A DNA stretch of 63,463 bases, counting the filler, from Nemertoderma westbladi (taxonomy: Eukaryota; Animalia; Xenacoelomorpha), in the NCBI GenBank assembly GCA_032718475.1. It is 4 parts of 4 records of this genome, joined end to end, with 100 filler letters (N's around TTAATTAATTAA, not from the genome) between each part and the next. Parts side by side here need not be neighbours in the genome. Positions count along the whole stretch, not along the records: positions 23,184 to 44,011 come from JAUCBJ010005467.1; 3 more parts are not named here. One strand, given 5' to 3'. Positions 28,155 through 41,693 of this stretch are shown piece by piece (the first letter of the stretch is position 1; each line of letters starts with the position of its first letter). The notes beneath the pieces are model-generated. The model did no database searches. It was not told where the DNA came from and saw only the letters and a program-made list of their open reading frames with translations. The translations under genes and the position numbers were made by a program.

Positions 28155-29344
28155 GCTTGTGGTAGCTGCCAAAATATACAATAAAATGATTCTATATAGG
28201 ATTCGGCCTCACATAGAGAAACTACTGCGTAAGAGCCAAAACGGATTTCGACTAAGTAGATCAACAATAGCTCAGATACTTGCACTACGGAGACTGATTG
28301 AAGGAATTAAGTCAAAGAATCTCCCCGCAGTCATGACTTTTGTGGACTTCAAGAAGGCATTCGACTCCATCCATAGAGATAAAATGCTTGAAATCGTAAG
28401 AGCTTAGGGAATACCAGAAGTAACCGTTGCTGGCATTGGATTGTTATATTGTGACACAGAAGCACAGGTACTCACACGTACTGCAAGGTGACAGAAACTG
28501 AGTTTTTCTCAATCTTAGCTGACGTACTGCAAGGTGACACATTAGCACCATTACTATTTGTAATTGTACTGGATTACGCAACTAGGACAGCAACAAAGGG
28601 TGAAGATCTGGGATTCACACTTCAAGAACGCAGAAGTAGTAGATATCCTGCAACTACAGTCACACACACCGACTTCGCGGATGACATCGCCCTGCTCTCT
28701 AATACGCTAGCAGATGCACAGCTTCTACTAAATAAAGTGGAGAGGGCTGCTAAGGAGGTTGGATTGCATATAAATGCTACCAAGACCGAATTCATGACTT
28801 TTAATGTTGATGGAAACTTGACAACCATTGATAATAATCAACTAAGGAAGGTCGATGACTTCCAGTACCTTGGATCATGGATAGAGAGTAGCAAAAAGGA
28901 CATAGAAGTTAGGAAAGCAAAGGCTTGGGTAGCTCTATCAAACATGGATACCATCTGGAAATCAGATCTCTCCAGGCACCTGAAGACTAAGTTCTTTCGA
29001 GCCACAGTGGAAAGTGTATTCTTATACGGGGGTGAGACCTGGACACTGACTAAATCACTTGAAAAACGAATTGATGGTTGCTACACAAGACTACTAAGGT
29101 GGACGCAAATTAAGATTCAGTGGGCACTGCTGGCGAAGTAAAGACGAGGTCATACCAGATCTACTTTTCTGGCAACCAACTCATGGAAAGCGTAGTCGTG
29201 GACGACCGGCCATAACATATATAGATCAACTTGAAAGGGATACTGAACTTGGGAGAAACGAAATTGCGACAACTATGGAGAATCGGGAAGCCTGGAAGGA
29301 TCTCATTTCCACTGTCCGAGTTTGCTCGACTTAGTAGTAGTAGT
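28155..29344 (+). mobile_element. 5'-truncated RTE-clade LINE with (TAG)n tail
   Basis: SQNGFRLSRST, FVDFKKAFDSI, VLQGDTLAPLLF, FADD, FQYLGS, LYGGETWTL. Ends ...ctcgacttagtagtagtagta. Has an ~80-bp internal deletion relative to the 58201 copy. Confidence 0.92.
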
Positions 29345-31705
29345 ACCCATGCTAAGGCTTCGCTAACTTCGGGGCTCGCCCCAAATACACAAAGGTGGAA
29401 ACAACTTTGTGAAATTCCTAATCAGCTGCAACTCTCATTGAAATTATTTACCCTACACCGGGACTCCCAACAAACATATAGGGGAATGGGTCTTTCCGAA
29501 GGCATTGAAATTCACAAAATTTATACCAATATATTTATGGTAACAAAATCCAAAAAGAGTTAGTATTTATAGAAAATACAATTGAAAAACATTATAAAAA
29601 ATGCCCAATGAAACAAACCAGTATACCACATTGTAAGGAAAGGAATTAATTATATTGGAATTATATTTTTTACAAAAGTAAAATAAATGTCTTTATGAAA
29701 TTAAATTAATCAAACATAAATCACAATAAAATGTATATTAAATACTAAATAATAAATTACCGGTATATAAATTTTAATCATTTAAATTATTGATCTAAGC
29801 AACATAATTACAATTATTAATTAAAACTTGGAACGAATATAATTATAGCTGGTTATAACGTAAGCAATCATCAATTTAAAATTGTGATGTTTGGAAGTGC
29901 GGAACTTGGTGTGGCGGGTTGCTAATGTTTGCTTGTAAGGGGGAGGGGGGTCATCCCGCTGTGTTTTATTTCATCAGATATTTTTTAATTTCATTTCCGA
30001 TGTAAAAATGTATGTTTATTCCGAATATGAAATCAGTATTTCGATAAATTGTTTCGTTCTCAAGTTACTTTGTAATTTTGGCGCAAAATTTGAAAATTTG
30101 TAATTTTGGTGCAGCACCACAATTGACACCAAAACGAAATATTTTGCCATTTTCGAAATCGGCGCCGAAAATTATCCTATAGGTATCAAAACCGCAAAAG
30201 AAGATCCCTTTTGAACAAATTTACAAAATTTCACTTTTGGTGCATGTTTGGTCAGTTGTAATCAGGAGGAAATTATAATGTCATTTTCCTCGTGTTGACT
30301 TTTTTTGGGACACTTTCCATATCTACTTTTTAACTACTCAACCGATTTTCTTTCCGTTTGCAGAATTATGTAGAGAAATATTCCGCGTAAAAGTTGTGAT
30401 GACAGAATTTTGAAATTTCGCATAAAAAAGGATATGGCAAAATATTTCTCAATTTTTGGGTGTTTGGAGGTCTTTTTTTTGGTGTTAAATGTGGAGCTGA
30501 CACTATATAACATTGGAGCTGTCTCATTGATTCCCCCAAGCTTGACAATTGAACTATATTGGATTACAGTAAGGAGTATCACGCCCGATCGTGCCAGTTG
30601 AGTAGATGGCGCGCCCCCCGAGGTCTTTAAAATTCCTTAAATTGGAGATGAGCTGTTGCAACTGTAATTAAAGGTGTAATATTATGGGTTTGTTCAGAAG
30701 TGGAAAAAATGAGAAAGCGCGTCACCGGGGGTTGAACCAGCGCTATACGTACGTTTAGGCCTAACAGGCCTCATAAAAAATTTACGACGACGGCAGACAA
30801 CTCGTTAATGGCACCCATATGCTAAGGCTTTGCTCACTTCATGGCTCGCCCCACAAAGAGAGTTCCTAAAAAAACAAAGCCTGAAAACCAATAAGTTGGT
30901 CCCTGCCCCAAAGAAGGGCCTAGTGTTTTTTTTAGGAAATTTGCTGACGGCGCTGTCGGCGCCATCGACCACATTTTCCGTAGCGCCAGACGCCACAGAC
31001 AATATACTACCAACTACTAATACTACGAACCGCCGTACTTCTACTTTACCATCTACTGGTTAACCAGTAGTCCAGTTGGTTTACCACGTAGCTTACCGGT
31101 ACGTGCACAGTAAATATAAATAAAAATTATTCTAACATTAACACTAACATTCATTTTAGTTAATGTAACATTATTAATAGAACGAAAATGAAAGAAAATG
31201 ACTAGAATTGCTCAACATTATCCCGTTTAATGGTTTATAGTAATTTTAATTATAATGTTAGTCGTTTTATTTTAAATCTTCTGCTTTAAATATATTTTAA
31301 ATGCAATTCCTGTAATTTTAATTAAAATAAACGTTAACTATTAGAAAAGTCACTGTTTTTTGTAACTAACTAAGTTCGCAGTGACAAGTTACTTAATTTA
31401 ATTAACTAAATAACATAAAAACAAAACAACTTATCGAAAAACGGATTTCAGATTCAGAATCACCATAAAATTTAACATCGGAAAAAAATCTGATGAAAAA
31501 AAGACAGGGGGTTGACCCCCCCCCCCCGTATATATTTACACTCCAGGTTCATGTAAAAAAAACAACTATTGTTTAATTTTCGAAAAATGTACTCACTCAC
31601 GTAATAGTACGAACCATAGTAATCTGCAACTCATCCATTTATACTAAACGTAATCGCAAACATATTGCGAGATCTCTAACTAGATTTAAGATTTAGCGAG
31701 ATATC

Positions 31706-33420
31706 TCAAGATTTACTGGGTAGCGATTGCGTACTGTGACGTAACCCCGAGAATGTCTCAGTTAACGTGCTGTCTTCGTCTAGCGAGGGTTCCTCCCCCA
31801 TGGACTGGCGTACAGCAACCCATACCCCGGTGCTAGCCGACGCGCCAACCGCGTCCACCACCGCCTGACTGTAAAGATTGTCCTCGAAATCGGCCCCGCT
31901 ACTAATCGCTTCGCGCGTCCAACTGCGTCGCTCCTCCTGTTTATCGAAACTCTCACGTAAACCCGCCATCATTCGAAGGGTCCCTTTAAGGAACGGGCGT
32001 TCCATCGTTCCCAGTAGACCCTCGCTCAACCCGAGTTTATTCTCTTCCGGCACGTAAGTATTGCTCGATGTAACGAGTTCCTCTTTGTTCTGTGAGCCGC
32101 GTTTACTCGCGTAGAGTGCGGTGTCCCGTACGACGAGACGGCCGGCGCTCCCGAGAAGAGTAAACTCGATGGAGAACCGACAGTCGTATAGAGAGTTTAG
32201 AACGACGACCACGGACATACCGCCGTCGCAGTCCATCGAGAAGGAGGAATAGTCGTCGCTGTTTATCTTACGGATGCCGCGGATATCCGCGGTGGTCGGC
32301 ACGTAGGTTCGCCGACTCCCGGACACACGGACCGCGCGCTCGCCGGTAACAAACGCAACGATGTCGACGATGTGATGGCCGAGTTGATGGAGCACCCCGC
32401 CGCCCATGGCGGTCTCGCATCGCCACGAGTAGCCGGCCCGGTCGCCCAGGAGACTGCCGCAGTAGACGCGAGCCTCGCAGGTCAGCGGTTGGCCTACGAA
32501 CCCCTCGGCGACGAGACGACGCATGTCGACGAACGCCGGTAGGAATCTGAGCGCGTTCGCCACCTTGGACATCTGCCGGGGGTCGTCTCGAGATTTTCGT
32601 ACCATCTCGTTTGCATCCCGCAACGATAGACTACAAGGATTGCTGCAGACTACGTGTTTGCTAATTCCCAAAGCTTTAATAGCTGCCTGTAAATAATATG
32701 TTGAGGAAGTTACCGGTAATATAACAATAATGATAGGAAATCAAGAAATTTAGAAATTGGTAGGTAGGTAAGTGCCTTCCATGCTGCCATAGTCGACCGG
32801 TTTTTCAGTCATGGTCCCGCCTTAAATCTGTAAATATTCCGGGTTTATTAAAAATTATGAAACGTGCATTTACACTACACCAATTCCCTTATTACAAAAA
32901 CCATTTTTATTTATCTCCAGGGCATAGGCCTATGGAAAATCGATAAAAAATTGCCCCCACTGGCACTGGTACTGGTGTACGGATTGTGGACATTCTCACC
33001 TTTTGACCGTGTTCAAAAGTTAAATAAGCTAGTGATTGCTACCTACAGACCCAGGACGGGGACCGTCTGCTGGCTGAGCGGTAGGCAGTATGGAGGGCCT
33101 ACAGTGCCACAGTCAGACAGTGGTGAGCCACTGTGTGGTGATATCATTTACCAGTTTACCGGTACCTTTGACTGTTGATTGGGTTGACTGGCCATCCATA
33201 CAATATCAACACTTTGATGTATTAGCATCTGATCAATGTCGTGTGTTGCGAATGGAATATTCAACTGATCTGCCAACTTCTTTGCTTCATATGGTGTCGC
33301 TGAACATAATGCGACTACAGGAAACTCCTCTGCCCTAATAATTGCTATGATGACCTCAGCAATATCGCCAGTTCCAAAAACTCCAAAGCCTGGAAGACTC
33401 TTAGTATCCTTGCCTGGCAT
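31706..33420 (-). CDS. GFOD: Gfo/Idh/MocA-family oxidoreductase (GFOD1/GFOD2-like), two exons: 33420-33166 and 32686-31706, 411 aa
   Basis: LPGFGVFGTG in exon 1. Donor AAG|GTACCG and acceptor tttacag|GCA give an in-frame join QSK-AAIKALGISKHVVC. Exon 2 has LRFLPAF, YSWRCETAMGGGVL and GIRKINSDDY. Confidence 0.9.
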
Positions 33421-34454
33421 TCTTATGCATTCATCAGTTTATTCAGTCATTACCGGTACTTTATTAATTATGAATTATTCAATATATTACAGTTCAGCAG
33501 TTGTCAGGTTGTCGTTGTACCGTAACCGTAGTACTAAATATTAATAAATCTGTAAATACTAACTACAGAACTACCATATGCTGATCCTGATATGCCATAC
33601 TGCTGTACTGTACTCACTGTAGCCAAGTAGCTGGCTGGGCGGTACCGGTACTGTCAGACTGTTGGGTACTAAGTTAATTTCAGAATGAATTTACCTGTCC
33701 ATTGAAAATTGAATGAAAAGTGAATTTACCTGTCCTTCCTACCAACCAATACATAACCGCGACATCTACCACCCAAGGGGCAGATGGGTAGCACAAACTT
33801 ATTTCCAATCACACGTTCAATATGCGAAGCCATGTGGTTTATAGGAAATATCGAGAATACGAGAAACTGGATCGAAATACCTGCTCATCCCATTATCCGT
33901 CCATAGTCACCGGACAGCTCTGCGGTTTATTCCCGTAGAACAGTAGAATTCCCGCAGCTTCCGACCCAATTCGACAACGAATTCGCCTGACACTTTCGCG
34001 TGGCAGAGAACGTAATCCGGTACGATATACGTCTGCCCGACTTTCAACAATTCCGGCTGTCTGGGCCGCCGCTAAACCCAAATCGCAATCCTCGTCGATT
34101 CGTCCAGTCGTCGACGTAAGTCGGACTCTTCCCACCGCACTCCAAGGTGGGTGGCCTGAGTGAGGCATGAGGAACTTGGCAGTGGCCCGCATATACGATC
34201 CGACCGACCGCCGTATTCCCAGTGTAGTAAATAGAATCTTACTGACAAGCAAGCAATTCCGTAGTATTTATTCCTCAGTTAATCGCATCTTGATGCCACT
34301 CGGCTGCTCGGGTCCAGATACATCAGACTGTCGGAGGCGGTTTAGATGAAGAAGTTGTTTAGATGGCCTTGCCAAAGACCAACGACCTGAAGACGGTACC
34401 TGTAAATCTGTACCACTGTAACAGTTAACAGTACCGGTACCGGTACTGTAATAC

Positions 34455-35310
34455 TGTAGTCTCCTAGCAACCAGCTGATGCCAAGCCTAATAATTTTTGG
34501 GTAGATTAATTTATTATAACTGTAAGACAGTTACACAGATGCTGCACGAAGACCCCACGCAAATTCAACTTGGAAAATTTCTAAACTTTTGCCAGACTAC
34601 ATATGTACCAAGTTTGGATATATTTTATCGAGATTTGGCTGAGTTATTAACGTTTAAAATTGGACACAACAGATCGACAGAACAACAGAGCAACAGACCA
34701 CGTTCGTGGGGCCTTCGCGCAGCACGAGGCCCAGTTATGAGATACAAATTAAAATTGAGCGACTGTATCACAAAATCAGTATTTGAGAAATTTAACCACA
34801 CCGCCAATCAATCAAAGAAAGGGGGACAGTACGTGTTCAGCGCTTTTAATCTCCACCCACCCCCCTCCCCTTCCCACCAACCAATACATAACAGCGACAT
34901 CTACCACCCATGGGCTGATGGGGCGGAAGGGTAGCACAAACTTATTTCCAATCGCACGTTCAATATGCGAAGCCATGTGGTTTATAGGAATATAATCAAC
35001 GCAGTACTCGTCTTCATTATAAGCCTCGTTGAGTTCGTCCTGTTTTGTATTTAAATATATTTCTTAAACGCAGGCTGACGATCTTTATAATAATAATAAC
35101 AAGCGATGCGTTCAATATGTGAAGCCAGGTGGTTTATATAATAACAATAGTCAACGCAGTACTCGTCTTCATTATAAGTCTCGTTGTGCTCGTCCTGTTT
35201 TGTATTTAAATATCTTTCCTAAACAAAGACTGACGATCTTTATAATGCGTTCAATAGAAGAAGCCAGGTATGGTTTTGGTTTATAGGAATATAGTCTACG
35301 CAGCACTCAT
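34455..35310 (+). mobile_element. Interspersed repeat of Helentron/DINE-like (HINE) type. Related copies at ~33740-33850, ~36330-36690 and, inverted, ~45180-45750
   Basis: Multi-copy in the window. Contains an accaagttt...gagttatta core, a cgacag/caacag microsatellite-like tract and the stem-loop gggcct..aggccc. Family assignment is by architecture only. Confidence 0.6.
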
Positions 35311-37303
35311 TCCTCATGAGCCCGAGTTATAGTGTAGCAATGTAAATGCAGTAGTTGCACCCGACCAGCCGGAAACTCGGAGCAATAGGCCTACTGCTTG
35401 TACAATGCGTGTCAATTTCAACACTGCCGGGCACTGGGTGATGGCAGAGTGAGATTAAAAAACCGGATTATTTCATCCTCAGTTACGGTTAGTCCAGTTT
35501 GCCCATTGCGGCAGCGATACCGAAAGTCGAGGTCAACAGACAGAGGCGGCCTTGGTGGTGAGTTGTTTGATTTCAATTCCAACACTTTTCTGGGCAGCTG
35601 GGTAGACTCTGGTAGTGGGTACCTGATCTTAGAATGCCGGTCAGCTGGTTAGTCCGCATAACTTCCATTGTTGCAGTTGCCGAGTCGATGGATGGTTGGT
35701 AGGGGTAGGCCTATTGCTATTGTTGTATTGGCAGATTGGTATGTACATCTACATCTGATTATACCAGTTGCCAGTGCCATCGGTCGTACCAATACATAGT
35801 CTTTAATTAACATATTTAACCGTTAACAAGAGTAGAAACCGCAAATGAAGAAATTCATTTTCTTCCGTCGCTGACAGGAGCGTAGAAATACCGGTATAGT
35901 GCTGTCGTAGTTCAGTACCGGTACCGTACCGGTAGTTCTGTAGTTGGCAGTTGCTACCAGTCCGGTTCTACAGTCTGACAGTATTAGGGCGGTACGGCGC
36001 CAACGGACCCTCTAATCTAATTCAGGACCACAGTCCAGCACTCCGGAGTCCGCACTGCAGTGCATAGTATGGCTAATTTGGGCCTACAGAATTAGGCATG
36101 TCCTGTACCAGTATACTTGATCTATAATCACTGCACCGGTACCGCGGTACCAGTCAGTCAGTACCGTAAAACACCGAATACAGTATGGTATTGCAGTATT
36201 GTCTGATTGCAGGATTCCTGATTCAGGGATTGACATTGAGTGCAGGAGTATAGTACCGGTACAGGCAGACAGGCCACAATGGTATTACTGCAGTACTGTA
36301 ATTTCATAATTTGCTAGAAACCCAGCTGATTTAGTCTCCTAGCAACCTGCTGATGTCAAGCATTATAATTTTGGATAAATAAATTTATTATAACTGAAAG
36401 ACAGTTACACTGGTGCTGCACGAAGGCCCCAAGCAAATTCAACTTGGAAAATTTCTAAACTTTTGACAGACTATTTGTGTACCAAGTTTGGTTACATTTC
36501 ATCGAGGATTGATCGAGTTATTAATGTTCAAAATTGAACACCGCAAAAAAAGCGACAGAACAACAGGTTGATTAATGGTACCCCTACGCTAAGGCTCACT
36601 CACTTCGTGGCTCGCCCCACAACAGACACACCGATGAGTTAGTGGTACCTGTATGCTAAGCTCGCTTACTTTCGTCGCTCGCCCCACAATGTAACGTTGT
36701 AATAATAAGTGAATTGTTGTGGGGTGAGTGATTGAGTGATGCGGTGAATTAAATATAATGTAAATAGGACAATATAACAATTTTTCGCTATGGAGAGCAT
36801 TAACATATTGTCCTACAGTATTTATATTATATATTTAATGTAACGTTGTACAGTAATTAGACGTTGAATTACTTAATTAGTCGTTGTTTGCTCATTGAAG
36901 ATACGTTGAAATAATGGTATATTGATAACTATAAGCCCACGTTAAAGCAACAGTGCATGCCATACACATTCACAGATTCACACTAGTTAATGCATTTGAA
37001 ATGCTAACATTGTATCAATCAACGTATAATATTTAACCTTGCTCGCTATGGAATTCTTGTTTAAATGTCATACATTGTATCAATGTATAATATTTCATAC
37101 AAATACAACAATATTATGCATTGTCGTTAAATTTCTAACGTTGAAGCAACAGTAACATTTCATACATACTGTATTACGGTAGTGAGCAAATGCTACTAAG
37201 GAATCTTAAGCAATAAAGGAAAGCGGTCAGCAGCAGGGAAGCCAATACAAAATTGGCAACCCAAGGAAGCAATAATATAATATTTATCAACTAAATAAGC
37301 AGG

Positions 37304-37430
37304 ACCTTATTGCCCCTGGAACCTTATCGCCCCTGGAACCTAATCGCCCCTGAAACCTTATCGCCACTGGAACCTTATCGCCCCTGAAACCTTATTTGCC
37401 CCTGAAACCTTATCACCCCTGAGACCTTAT
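37304..37430. repeat. 17-bp minisatellite (aaccttatcgcccctga), left part
   Basis: Tandem units that continue at 41952-42265 beyond the LTR element. Confidence 0.92.
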
Positions 37431-37688
37431 TGTGGTGTTGTAATAACAATAATGGTTAACAACAGTTCAGTATAATATAGGATTATGATTATAAGATATT
37501 CCAGTATTCAATACAGCATTCAGTCAATAGCTTTTACTGGTAGTCAACCTGTATCACTTACTATACCGGTACTGCCGCACGGTACCTACTCCCTTCAGTC
37601 CTGACTCTCTCCTCCTGCTGTACCGCCCGTCCTCCCCTACTATAGGGGGCCGCATCCTCTTCACCCCCTGTCCGACTACCCTAACACA
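37431..37688 (-). repeat. 3' LTR
   Basis: Matches 41694-41951; two substitutions seen. Confidence 0.95.
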
Positions 37689-37817
37689 TCACCCCCAGTT
37701 TCTATAGAAACTAATTATTTTACAATTTTAGTTTGCAAATTGTACATAACCGAGTCGTAGTAATTATTATCTCATCGTCGATATCGGCGATCGGTGTCCT
37801 AACCCCAGAACACCACG

Positions 37818-40800
37818 TCAGTGAACATCGAAACCGTAATATCGTGGAGCCCGTATTTGTCTACCAATACGTGTCACAATCGGCCCCGGATCACAATCAT
37901 CGCTGATATTACTATCAGTATCATCAGTTTCAGAGTTCTCAGAACTTTCAGTTTCGGAGTTACTTATTTCAGGCTTTTTAGAACTTTCAGTTTCGTGCCC
38001 CTTATCCTTATCTGTACCTGTCCGGCTGGGCACCTTCCATACATCGTGTAGGTGTCGCCGCACCCCCTTCACCATAACCGACCGAGTGTCAACTGCATCT
38101 ACCTGAACCGGTCCCCTCCATTTTTGAGTGCATCAGACGTGCTGGCCAGGTTTTACGTAAACCATGTCACCCTTCTCTATAGTAGAATGCAGGAACGCGA
38201 ACGTTTTCCCTGGATGTTTGAGTTCGTCCTGCTCTGGGGAAAGAGCAGTTACCCCCGGTAGTTTCCTATGGCGTTGTGCCAACCCCTGGAAGCACTGGCT
38301 GGCCGGACAACGTTCTTGGCCCCGCCCCTTTGTTTGATTGTACCAGAATGTGGCCTGCTCCAATGTTTTCCCAGATCGAACAGCCCATTTCTTTATAGTC
38401 CTATGAACTCTTTCCACAGGATTACCTTGTGGTCGATAGGCACAGACGTACTTTAGTTTTACCTCCCACTTCTCGAGAAATTCTTGGACTTCACGGCTCC
38501 AATATGCTGGGCCGTGGTCTGCCAAGAATTCGTCTGGCGGACCGAATTCGATGAACAGCTGCTGCAGTTCCAGAACAACAGTTGACGCTTTCTGATTGGC
38601 TGCTCGTCGACATACAGTGTAGTTGGTTGCACAATCTAATATCGTTAAATACTTTCTGTTTCCATAGTCTGTGAAATCGCTTGAAAGTCGCCCCCACGGT
38701 TGATTAACCTTACTAGTTCCTGGTTCCCATGGTAACGGACTGGGATCGATGCTAATACACTGTTCACATTCGCGGCACACCTTCTCAATGAGTTTTTTCG
38801 GCACTATATTTTTTATTTCGCGGTCGTTCTGGCAGAGTTCAGCGGTTCGTTCCACCCCTGGGTGGAAAATATTGTGGATTTCTCTAACTCGCTCTATTTG
38901 TCTGTTTTCTGGGTTAGTATTCTCGGATACGGTCGTCGCCGCTGCTATCACATTGCCCCCCTCATTAGTTTCAGTTTCTAGTTTTATCCATTTTTGGGGA
39001 ACTCTCGTGAGGGGGTCTGCTATATTCTTTTCTGATGCAACTTGATGTACTCGAATAGTGAGTTTATATTGCTCGATCATGTTTCCTATCAGATCAAGTC
39101 GCCTTGCCACTAACTTTCGCGCTTGCCCTTTTGTGTGGATCCTATGTGAGTCGTTTATCACTGCTTTCAACCAACTTCCAGCAGTTACAGAATCCACATA
39201 TAAGTCGATATCTACCAACCCCCAATCGATGGCTAGGTTTATCCCCTCCACAATGGCATCGAGTTCTGCTACGTTTATGTGGCTAGTGTCATTAGGTTTT
39301 CGCAGCCAGGCCGCATCTTCCACTATCACACCTCCGATTTTTATCACCACACCCTTTGCTATAGAGCTAGCGTCCGACCATACCTCACCGTGTGTCGTCA
39401 TTGGGACTACCCAGTCACCTGTCACCGGATCGCTGGTCTCTAGACGGGCCAAGGTTTCACTCAACATTTTTCGGACCCCCTTCTCTACAGCTGTGTCCCA
39501 CGCTTTCCCTGCACTGCAGCGCTGCAGCCATGCACACGATGGTCTGAGCCACCCCGCCACCAGGTAGTGTCCACGCAGCTTCCCACATATCGAGTGAAGC
39601 ACCCGACGTGTAATAACCTCCAGTATGGTTTGAGGCAGTTCTGAGTCTCTGCTCCATCGCAGTGTCTGCGTACAATCAGCATCCATTCGCAGACCAAGTA
39701 CGCTACTCCCAGGCCTATCCATTTCCGCCTCTTTAGTAATAAGTCCATATTTCCAGAGATGTTTACGCACTTCCTCAGCTGATATTTGGTTGGTATTGAT
39801 ATGAACGTCATCCCGGAAGTTGTCTGTTGCCTCCTTAACTTTATCGTCTAATGTTAGCACTGTCTCCACGATCCGGTCCATCGCTTTGGGTGCTACTGCC
39901 AGTCCGAACCCCATCTTTGTTACAACATATCTGACACTCCTTATCACAACTGTTTGGAAAGATTGGAGATATTCTGGAACATTCACTTGCATATATGCCC
40001 ATTTCAAGTCGACTATGGCCGTATTGTGTCCAATTCGGCGCCATTTTCTCATCTTCTCGCCACACGCCGCGGCATCTCGGCCTGGTGAATTCTCAATATA
40101 TTGGTTTAACTCTCGATAGTCTAATATCGGGCGTATTCGCCTTTTCTTTGGCTCATATTTTCCCATCAATGGGATGGTCCCTCGCACCTTCCCGTGTCGC
40201 TCTCTGTCATAGGGTACCACCCAGCCTTTGTCTATCCATTCATCTAAGGCTGTATCATACATTTCGCGGTGTTCGGGACGAATTTTATACTCAGTTGTAT
40301 GGTTCTTCAGTGTTGGTGGACCCTCATCTGTTTTCCACTTCCACTCAACTGACCAATGTTTCCCGTCATAATTGGCTCGGAAATCCGATTCATCTATATT
40401 GATATTCCGCGGGCCTGGTATGTCTTGTCCCGTATTTATCTCATCTATCTTCGCCACCGCCCCAGCTGCTCCAAATACAACCCCGGATAACGTCGCGGCC
40501 CCAATCCGTTTAATTGTGTCATACCCAAGAATTATTGTCGCGATCCCCAACAGCTTCTCCACTACCAGGAATTTACACTTCACCAGTTGTTGCTGACCTT
40601 CAACCTCGATTATGGTGAGGTCAACTTCTCCAACAATATTAGCCTGGGCTTCACCATCTAGCATAGTGATGTTTCTCCTTTGGCCTGGATTCGACATAAC
40701 ACTGAGTTTATGCTGTTTACACCAAGGGGCTGACACCACACCTCTAGTACACCCTGTGTCAACTAACGCCCTCACTGTCCCTTCTACATCTTCTACGCGT

Positions 40801-40931
40801 ACGCCAACTACTGGTGCATCCAGCTTCCCTGGGAAACGTCTGTTGGCCACAACATTCCCCTCTTCTCGTTTCCCGCCGGTTCCGGACCAACACTTCCAGG
40901 TGCCCCCCGGTCGCCTCCGCCGCCTCGACAA
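37818..40931 (-). CDS. pol: Gypsy pol (protease, RT, RNase H, integrase) with one in-frame TGA at 38133-38135
   Basis: ALVDTGC; RPILDYRELN, VDLKWAYMQV, MGFGL, FRDD; WSDASS, INVAELDA, NIADPLTR; HPGVERT..CRECEQC, SSD, ADHGPAY, GNPVERVHRTIK. The frame continues past the TGA to 37818. Confidence 0.92.
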
Positions 40932-41680
40932 CCCCTAGCTAGGTGGCCCGCGTTACCACATTTAAAGCATACCACCTTCCCTGATGGTGACCCTCCTGCC
41001 GACTGGCATTCCCTCGCAAAATGTCCCGGTTTCCCACAGTTATAGCAGCTGCTTGGGGTTCGCCCCCGGTCCGCCCCCATCTGCCCCACGCCGCCCCGAC
41101 CCCGACGGTAGTCCGATTGGTCTCCTTGATATCGTTGATATCCACCTGCTGCGCCCATCTGCTCGCTGACTGTTTGCTCGGACAACATTCTCCTTGCATG
41201 ATTTAGCAATTCGCCGACGCCCCCCTTTGATGCCATCGCTTTTACCTCCCCGCGCACTCTATCAGGCAGCCCGTTTGCGAAATGTACCGCAAGTATATCC
41301 ATAGCGCACTGACTCGTCGGTTCCTCCGTTACCAGTGACAGCAGCCACCGCAGGTCGGCCAAATATGTATCTGGTGACTCCGATCCCACCAGGACTCGGT
41401 TTTTGAACTTCTTGAATGCAGTGTAGGCCGTATCAGCAAATGCTTGAATTAATGTTTTCCTCACTGTAGCATAGTCCCCTTTCTCTGCGTCGCTAAGCTG
41501 GCTGACTACGTCATGTGCTGCACCTGTAAGAGACAACCGAAGGTAAGTTACTTTGCTATCCTCGCTGAGTTTCGACTCCACTTTCAGTATTTTGAATGTA
41601 TCTTCAAAAATTTCCAGCCACACGCATGGGTCGCTTCTACGATCAAACTTCGAAACGTAGTCTGCCAATTTAGGAGCCAT
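40808..41680 (-). CDS. gag: Gypsy gag, 290 aa, two CCHC zinc knuckles
   Basis: ATG at 41680 (MAPKLADY); CYNCGKPGHFAREC and CFKCGNAGHLARGC. Confidence 0.92.
   Translation of the reverse strand: MAPKLADYVSKFDRRSDPCVWLEIFEDTFKILKVESKLSEDSKVTYLRLSLTGAAHDVVSQLSDAEKGDYATVRKTLIQAFADTAYTAFKKFKNRVLVGSESPDTYLADLRWLLSLVTEEPTSQCAMDILAVHFANGLPDRVRGEVKAMASKGGVGELLNHARRMLSEQTVSEQMGAAGGYQRYQGDQSDYRRGRGGVGQMGADRGRTPSSCYNCGKPGHFARECQSAGGSPSGKVVCFKCGNAGHLARGCRGGGGDRGAPGSVGPEPAGNEKRGMLWPTDVSQGSWMHQ
40830..40874 (-). promoter_or_regulatory. Programmed -1 ribosomal frameshift signal (gag-pol)
   Basis: Slippery heptamer G GGA AAC (40874-40868) in the gag frame, an ~8-nt spacer, then stem-loop GGGAA-TGTTG-tggc-CAACA...TTCCC. 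pol is in the -1 frame. Confidence 0.8.
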
Positions 41681-41681
41681 A

Positions 41682-41693
41682 GCCCGGTTAGCT
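41682..41693 (-). promoter_or_regulatory. Putative primer-binding site complementary to nt 1-12 of a tRNA-Lys
   Basis: The + strand reads GCCCGGTTAGCT abutting the LTR. Animal tRNA-Lys genes begin GCCCGGNTAGCTCAG. No TGG-starting PBS is present. Confidence 0.6.
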
